This document shows, piece by piece, positions 40,139 to 45,029 of a stretch of DNA of 45,029 bases; the first letter of the stretch is position 1, and every line of letters begins with the position of its first letter. The DNA is from an uncultured Candidatus Saccharibacteria bacterium (GTDB lineage: Bacteria > Patescibacteriota > Saccharimonadia > Saccharimonadales > Saccharimonadaceae). The notes under the pieces are model-generated. The model saw only the letters and a list, made by a program, of their open reading frames with translations, made no database searches and was not told the origin of the DNA. The position numbers and the translations under genes are program-made. The stretch is from assembly GCA_964346445.1 (NCBI GenBank), contig CAYFUI010000003.1, positions 1 to 45,029 of the forward strand, given 5' to 3'.

Positions 40139-40340
40139 AAAATCTCCTTGGTTACATAATAATTAATTTAATTGTAATAATTGGTAAATTGTTAAGGTCC
40201 GGACAGTGGCGTACTAAAAACAAAAAGCCTTTGGTTCTCGCACTGCCAAAGACTATAGTTACAAATATAATTTGTACATTCCTAGGTGGTTGCTAATTGC
40301 TTTAAACGCTATGCGTGACCACTGTCTTTGGTGATGTCCA
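40139..40340 (-). ncRNA. structured rplJ 5' leader with terminator/antiterminator alternatives (candidate L10(L12)4-responsive attenuator)
   Basis: Read on the minus strand, the leader contains CCAAAGAC (40331-40324), GUCUUUGG (40253-40246) and CCAAAGGC (40234-40227), followed by UUUUUGUUUUU. A long-range pair GACAGUGG / CCACUGUC and a UACAAAU-UAU-AUUUGUA hairpin are also present. Confidence 0.5.
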
Positions 40341-40346
40341 GGCTAT

Positions 40347-40375
40347 ATAATAGCAAAAAATTAGAAAAATTACAA
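40347..40375 (-). promoter_or_regulatory. rplJL promoter
   Basis: On the minus strand: TTGTAA (40375-40370), a 17-nt spacer, then TGcTATTAT (40355-40347). Confidence 0.55.
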
Positions 40376-40400
40376 GCCTACAAGCGACCGGGGGTATGTA

Positions 40401-40429
40401 TGGACTTATTGTTATATTTATGATATAAT
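40401..40429 (+). promoter_or_regulatory. promoter of the 387-aa orphan gene (leaderless spacing)
   Basis: TGGACT (40401-40406), a 17-nt spacer, then TGaTATAAT (40421-40429). The ATG lies 9 nt downstream at 40439 and there is no SD. Confidence 0.5.
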
Positions 40430-40438
40430 AGTTAAGTT

Positions 40439-41602
40439 ATGAAAGAGAGTCTCACCACGTCTGAGGAAGGCCTTAGGAGCCCTGAGCATGCTTTGATTCC
40501 ACAAGCTATTAAAGAGGGGTACAAACCTTGGGGGGCTACTCCTATGGGTAGCCCACTTACAAACCCGATAGTTAACTGGCGTTTTGAGAGCCATGCTCAG
40601 CAGGAGGCTGAGATGATAGCCTATGGGTATAATGACCCTGAGTTTAATAAAATGGCGCCATATGTCGAGAAAGCTATTTTCACCCGTAACCAGGCCAGGT
40701 TGGCCCGTGCCGGCGAAGCGCGTTGCTTTGTGTTGCACCCGGAGAGGCCTATAGCAAGAGAGATTCTCACAAAAGCAGAATTAGGCTTAGCGGAACCTCA
40801 CGAGCTTTTATATATAATGACCCAGCGTGGCATGCAAAGCATAGAATTAGGTAAAGTTACCCACCTTTATGGAGGGGAGCGACTGAACTATGCAAGAACC
40901 ATGAAAGCTGAGACGATGGCATTACTAAATGACCTAAGCATGATGAGCGCCTATTTAGAGAATCCAGAAAAAAATAATTTGAACCTTGACCAGTTGCAGT
41001 ACGCCAAAACAGTAGAGGACCTTGAGCTACTTGAAGGTATCATCTCTACTAGTGGTGCGAGCTCTAGCGTGGAGATAATGGATAGTTTAGACCACACTTA
41101 TTTTAGGTTGGCTGGGCGTGATTGGGACGCACCAATGCGTGAAGCAAAAGTAAGCCATTCAGCAAAACCAAGTGGCATGGCTGGTTCACCTATGGATAAT
41201 CAAATTATCTCATTCAAGCGTAAAAGCCGCTTAGGCAAGGTTGGGCAGACAGAAATAGTGATGAGGACATCTTTTATGGTTAACCTTGATGAAAAGGCTT
41301 CGAGTATTGATACTAGAGTGCTACAAAGGGTCAAGGCCTTAAACAATAGCCCCGACTTTTCTGAAAAAATACTCAGCGACCAGGTAGGTTTAATTAAAGA
41401 AATAGAAAGAGTGGGGCTAGACAAGGACCCATATAGCTTTATTTTGGTATCTTCTACTGTTTATGCAAAAAATGCCAATAATCGTCATGAAATTGAAAAA
41501 ATGATCAATCAAAGCGCCAAAGAGAATAGGTTTAGCGAAACCTATTGGACGCATACCTATGAGCACCCAACAGTTGAAGAGTCAGTTGATATCCTTGGGT
41601 AG
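40439..41602 (+). CDS. hypothetical protein, no recognisable family (387 aa)
   Basis: Long uninterrupted ORF with its own promoter. No TM helix, signal peptide or catalytic motif recognised. Its 3' end overlaps dcd by 21 nt in convergent orientation. Confidence 0.6.
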   Translation: MKESLTTSEEGLRSPEHALIPQAIKEGYKPWGATPMGSPLTNPIVNWRFESHAQQEAEMIAYGYNDPEFNKMAPYVEKAIFTRNQARLARAGEARCFVLHPERPIAREILTKAELGLAEPHELLYIMTQRGMQSIELGKVTHLYGGERLNYARTMKAETMALLNDLSMMSAYLENPEKNNLNLDQLQYAKTVEDLELLEGIISTSGASSSVEIMDSLDHTYFRLAGRDWDAPMREAKVSHSAKPSGMAGSPMDNQIISFKRKSRLGKVGQTEIVMRTSFMVNLDEKASSIDTRVLQRVKALNNSPDFSEKILSDQVGLIKEIERVGLDKDPYSFILVSSTVYAKNANNRHEIEKMINQSAKENRFSETYWTHTYEHPTVEESVDILG

Positions 41603-42301
41603 GCCACTAATAGGTAGTGGCATGATGCGTTGGTCTTTATAGGCACGCGGCAACATCATGCTTGGTTGCCACGTACGCTTAAGTTCATCAAGGTTGTCGG
41701 TGTGTTGGTATTTGCCACTAATTCCACCCCTACCCTGGCTATAGCTTCCTTCAACTGAACCGGTCGTGTGAAATATAAGTTGACCAATTCTTTCGCCAAC
41801 CGGTAGAACTACCGATTCGTGTTTATTAAGATTGTAAATTTCTAAAGTAATACGGTTTATGTAGCCCGGATCGACCCACCCCGCATCAAAGCACACGGCG
41901 ACGCCATTACGCCCCCAGCTGGAACGCGATTTAACTTCGCACGCTCCACCTTCTGCTCTTATGCCGATAAATTCATGAGTATGCGCTAATATTCTCTCAC
42001 CAGGTTTTAAGACAATTACTGGGTGATTCGGTGGAATATTTTTTAGCATTCTAAAGCCACTATCTTTAGCCCATTCTTTATGTGGTTTTGCCTTAAATGG
42101 GCCTTTAAAGTAGCGTTCCACCTCTTCTTGGTCAAAAGGGTTATAAACAGCTGAAGCAGCATTAGCCTCTTGTTCGTAGTAATAATAACCTAACGTGAAA
42201 TCTAAGCTTGCTTCGGAAATGTAAGAGGGGTTGTGAGGCTCGCAAACTATTACCCCCTGCTTGATTGCCTCTTTTATTTGCGAATTACTATACACACTCA
42301 T
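41582..42301 (-). CDS. dcd: dCTP deaminase family protein (long form, 239 aa)
   Basis: Blocks align with Dcd: SNSQIKEAIKQG..V, ASLDFTLG, LKPGERILAHT, SRSSWGRNGV, VDPGY..RITLEIYN (catalytic Glu) and GERIGQLIFH. SD AGGGGG upstream. Confidence 0.8.
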   Translation of the reverse strand: MSVYSNSQIKEAIKQGVIVCEPHNPSYISEASLDFTLGYYYYEQEANAASAVYNPFDQEEVERYFKGPFKAKPHKEWAKDSGFRMLKNIPPNHPVIVLKPGERILAHTHEFIGIRAEGGACEVKSRSSWGRNGVAVCFDAGWVDPGYINRITLEIYNLNKHESVVLPVGERIGQLIFHTTGSVEGSYSQGRGGISGKYQHTDNLDELKRTWQPSMMLPRAYKDQRIMPLPISGLPKDIN

Positions 42302-42346
42302 AAAACACCCCCTAAATTATTATTAAACGAAGTAATTAAAAGCTTG

Positions 42347-43393
42347 TTAAATATTAGCGAATTCAACTTTAATGGCTGGACCATGGGTGGTGGTTATAGT
42401 TAGAGATTTAATATAAACACCTTTAAGTGATGTTGGCTTTTGGCTAATCAAACTATTAATGAAAGTGTTAACATTTTCTTCTAATTTTTCTTTTCCAAAA
42501 GACACCTTACCAACACCTAGATGAACGATGGCCTGCTTGTCAACGCGGTATTCTACTTTACCAGCTTTAGCGTCTTTAACAGCTTTTGTCAGGTTAGTCG
42601 TCACGGTTCCAGCTTTAGGGTTAGGCATTAAGCCGCGTGGCCCTAATAGTCGTGCATACTTAGCAAGCTTAGGCACGTATTGAGGGGTGACAATTAAAAC
42701 ATCAAAGTTAAGCTCTTCTTTATCTAGCTGCTTTAAGAACTCCTCGTCTTTTACAATGTCGGCACCAGCTTTTTTAGCAGCCTCATGTTCGGCTTCTGGT
42801 GCAAAGACGGCTACATTAATTTTTTTACCAGTTCCATGTGGTAATTGGACCGTTGCGCGAACATTCTGGTCAGCTTGTCGTGGGTCTACGCCTAAGCGTG
42901 CATGCACTTCGACGCTGGCATCATATTTTGAAGGGCTTGTTACTGTAGCTAGGTTAACAGCTTCTTGGATAGTGTAAAGTTTATCTTTTTCAATTTTTTT
43001 AGCCGCTTCCTGGTAGGCTTTGCCTCGCCTTTCAAGTAGTGGGCGAGTTACTGGCTTTGGGCCTTTTTTGACAGTTGCTTCCGCACCCTCTTCTAGTGGC
43101 GTTGTGTCACCAGCAGCTTTGCGCGCTTCTTTCTCTGCCTTTTCTTCGGCCTCTTTTAGTGCTTTGGCACTACGCTTACCAGCCTTTGCAGTTTTGACTT
43201 CCTCTTTAACTTCCTCTTTAGTTTCGTCTACAGCTTCAACGACAACCTCTTCAGTTTCTTTTACTGTAGCGGCTTCTACTTGATTAGTTTTAGCCTCTTT
43301 AATTTTTTCTTGGATTTGCGCTATAGTGTTCTTCTCAGTAACATCTAAGCCCATATCCTTAGCCTCTTTTAATAGGTCTGCTTTTTTTGCCAT
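42347..43393 (-). CDS. rplA: 50S ribosomal protein L1 with a 120-aa N-terminal extension
   Basis: The C-terminal 230 aa or so are canonical L1 ([28 protein letters not shown]). The N-terminal 120 aa are Lys/Glu/Ala-rich. Confidence 0.9.
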   Translation of the reverse strand: MAKKADLLKEAKDMGLDVTEKNTIAQIQEKIKEAKTNQVEAATVKETEEVVVEAVDETKEEVKEEVKTAKAGKRSAKALKEAEEKAEKEARKAAGDTTPLEEGAEATVKKGPKPVTRPLLERRGKAYQEAAKKIEKDKLYTIQEAVNLATVTSPSKYDASVEVHARLGVDPRQADQNVRATVQLPHGTGKKINVAVFAPEAEHEAAKKAGADIVKDEEFLKQLDKEELNFDVLIVTPQYVPKLAKYARLLGPRGLMPNPKAGTVTTNLTKAVKDAKAGKVEYRVDKQAIVHLGVGKVSFGKEKLEENVNTFINSLISQKPTSLKGVYIKSLTITTTHGPAIKVEFANI

Positions 43394-43453
43394 TATATAA
43401 TCCTTTCTGTGGTCTTAACGTACACTTTTTTGTGCACTCCCATCATTGATTTT

Positions 43454-43882
43454 TTAATTATCTGCTATTTCTACACCCATAGAGCGTGCTGATCCTGCCA
43501 CGATCTTCTTTGCACCCTCTAAGTCAATAGCGTTTAGCTGTTCAATTTTAGCATTAGCTATTTCTTCAAGTTGAGCTTGGGTGAGCTTACCAACTTTTTC
43601 AGTATGTGGCTTACCACTACCCTTTTTGATCCCAGCTTTAGCTCGTATCATGTCATCCACGGGCTCACCTAAAGATTTCCAGGTAAAAGTCCTGTCTTCA
43701 TACACCTGAATATGTACAATCACGTCTTTACCCATTAGGTCTTTGGTTGCTTCGTTAAATGGATTAATAAAATCCATCATATTTAAACCCCATTGTCCAA
43801 GAGTGGATCCAACAGGAGGACCAGCCGTTGCCCGGCCAGCCGGAATACGCAACTTCAAGTTGCCGCTAACTTTTTTTGCCAT
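43454..43882 (-). CDS. rplK: 50S ribosomal protein L11
   Basis: Motif AGPPVGSTLGQWGLN. 142 aa. Confidence 0.96.
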   Translation of the reverse strand: MAKKVSGNLKLRIPAGRATAGPPVGSTLGQWGLNMMDFINPFNEATKDLMGKDVIVHIQVYEDRTFTWKSLGEPVDDMIRAKAGIKKGSGKPHTEKVGKLTQAQLEEIANAKIEQLNAIDLEGAKKIVAGSARSMGVEIADN

Positions 43883-43978
43883 AAAAACTTTACCTCTATA
43901 ACTTTATAATTTACTTTTTAATAGTTTATGTGCGTAACTGGTTTATTTTATCATAAATGTTACGAAAAATAAAGGGGT

Positions 43979-44530
43979 CTATACCTTCTTAACCTGTAAG
44001 GCATCTAGTTCTACTGGCGTATCACGGCCAAACATACTCACTAGCACCTTAATCTTCCCTTTTTGAGTATCTATTTCGCTAACTGAACCATCAAAACCTT
44101 TAAAAGGGCCATCTGTAATACTGACAACTTCGCCCACCACAAGATTAATACTATGCTTAGGATCTTCTACTCCCATGCGTTTACGTATTTTAGCTATCTC
44201 TTTTTCCGACACAGGTGTAGGCTCTGTAGTGGTACCAACAAAGCCGGTTACTCCTGGTGTATTTCTAACTATATACCAGGTCTCGTCAGTAAGCTCCATC
44301 TCAACCAAGACATATCCCTGGAATATTTTCTTTTCAACAACCTTACGCTTACCATTTTTAATTTCAATTTGTTTTTCCTTAGGCACTATGACGTCAAAAA
44401 TTTTATCTGCAATATCCACGTTGTTAATGCGCTGCTCTATGCTGTCTGCTACTTTTTCCTCATAGCCACTATAAGTATGAATTGCATACCATTGGCGTGA
44501 CGAATCATAGCGTGTTTTACCTTTTCCCAT
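43979..44530 (-). CDS. nusG: transcription termination/antitermination factor NusG
   Basis: NGN start WYAIHTYSGYE and KOW motif VSITDGPFKGFDGSV. Confidence 0.93.
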   Translation of the reverse strand: MGKGKTRYDSSRQWYAIHTYSGYEEKVADSIEQRINNVDIADKIFDVIVPKEKQIEIKNGKRKVVEKKIFQGYVLVEMELTDETWYIVRNTPGVTGFVGTTTEPTPVSEKEIAKIRKRMGVEDPKHSINLVVGEVVSITDGPFKGFDGSVSEIDTQKGKIKVLVSMFGRDTPVELDALQVKKV

Positions 44531-44536
44531 ATATGT

Positions 44537-44914
44537 TTACCTCGCTAAAATTAAATTAAATAACTCTTGAAATACAATGTCTATAAGTAGAATCACTACC
44601 GAAAAGAACGCCGTGAATAAAATAACGGCAATGGTAAGGCTCCAAGTTGCCTTGCGGTTTGGCCATTGAACTTTTTTTAGTTCGCGCCATGATTCTTTAA
44701 AGTAATGATTAAGCCGCTCCAGCAACCCTTTCTTTGGCCTCTCCCTCTTTGGATTAGCCGGTTGCTTTGCTTCAGGCTTACCAACAGCCGGTTGAACTTT
44801 TTTAGTACTGATTGGCTTATCAACAACGGTTGTGTCTGTGCTCTTTTTCACAGTTACGGTTGTTTTATTACTTCTCTTTGCAGAACTTTTTGCTTTATTC
44901 TTCTTATTGGACAT
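44537..44914 (-). CDS. secE: preprotein translocase subunit SecE (Lys-rich N-terminal extension)
   Basis: C-terminal ELKKVQWP motif plus a single TM helix. ATG 44914 has GGGAG 5 nt upstream. The tracked ORF starts at TTG 44926. Confidence 0.8.
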   Translation of the reverse strand: MSNKKNKAKSSAKRSNKTTVTVKKSTDTTVVDKPISTKKVQPAVGKPEAKQPANPKRERPKKGLLERLNHYFKESWRELKKVQWPNRKATWSLTIAVILFTAFFSVVILLIDIVFQELFNLILAR

Positions 44915-44933
44915 AAATTCTCCCAATTAAAAT

Positions 44934-44950
44934 AGTCTGCTATGCAGACT
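44934..44950 (-). other. perfect 7-bp stem / 3-nt loop hairpin upstream of secE
   Basis: AGTCTGC-tat-GCAGACT. On the minus strand it is followed by AUUUUAAUU and preceded by a TGgTATAAT element (44968-44960). Confidence 0.35.
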
Positions 44951-45029
44951 GTCAAGCTTATTATACCACTAAGGTGTAGTTATGTATAGAACTTTTGTAT
45001 TTAATAACAGTGAGGGTGAATGAAGTAGG

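Noticed and set aside
41582-42301. dCTP deaminase as an anti-phage nucleotide-depletion defence gene
   Set aside because: Defensive dCTP deaminases are much larger multi-domain proteins. This one is a single Dcd domain with an SD, embedded among ribosomal protein genes, and there are no other defence or mobile genes nearby. A housekeeping role is far more likely.
42687-43283. Two ORFs (96 and 87 aa) antisense to rplA, Ser/Ala/Thr-rich
   Set aside because: These are mirror frames of the Lys/Glu/Ala-rich L1 extension and the L1 core. They are low-complexity products of the complementary codons.
43394-43453. Small minus-strand hairpin GUGCAC-AAAAAA-GUGUAC between rplK and rplA as an L1 regulatory site
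   Set aside because: It is only a 6-bp stem with one G.U pair, and I could verify no resemblance to the L1-binding rRNA or mRNA motif. The evidence is too weak to call.

Overview
This is a gene-dense bacterial chromosomal segment, roughly 40-45% GC by eye. It uses the standard genetic code: conserved proteins end at TGA, TAA or TAG. Almost all of the content is housekeeping.

**Gene content**
- The minus strand carries a long informational block: secE-nusG-rplK-rplA, then rplJ-rplL, a hypothetical-dnaX-dnaB-membrane protein operon, and ybaB-recR-nrnA-like-cysS.
- A complete F1Fo ATP synthase operon is present (atpBEFHAGDC).
- Transport genes include a heterodimeric ABC exporter pair, a ThrE-type exporter, a DHA2-type MFS, an AI-2E-family transporter, a MacB/FtsX-type ABC pair and a P-type cation ATPase.
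- Regulatory genes include an OmpR-type two-component pair and a Gre-family factor.
- Remaining genes are dus, a UvrD-type helicase fused to a nuclease, an rRNA m5U methyltransferase, tRNA-Gln(UUG), dcd, two orphan type IV pilin-like genes and several orphan ORFs.

**Likely source organism (inference only)**
The style suggests a reduced-genome, Gram-positive-type or CPR (Saccharibacteria-like) organism. The cues are tiny spacers, orphan pilins, Lys-rich tails and lost structural zinc modules.

**What I did not find**
I saw no CRISPR array, transposase, integrase, prophage, toxin-antitoxin pair or recognisable defence gene. I cannot honestly point to a convincing new multi-gene system.

**Best leads**
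1. An unrecognisable 387-aa opposite-strand gene, together with dcd, splits the normally contiguous rplKA/rplJL block.
2. There is a consistent two-mode initiation pattern. The first gene of a transcription unit sits 6-10 nt behind a TGnTAnnAT extended -10 element, which implies a leaderless mRNA. Operon-internal genes carry Shine-Dalgarno sites instead.
3. The rplJ leader is about 200 nt long and contains mutually exclusive terminator and antiterminator pairings.
4. Ribosomal protein L1 carries a 120-aa N-terminal extension.
5. A 26-bp palindrome sits between the divergent MFS and pilin promoters.

All functional calls rest on motif reading by eye, because no database search was possible.
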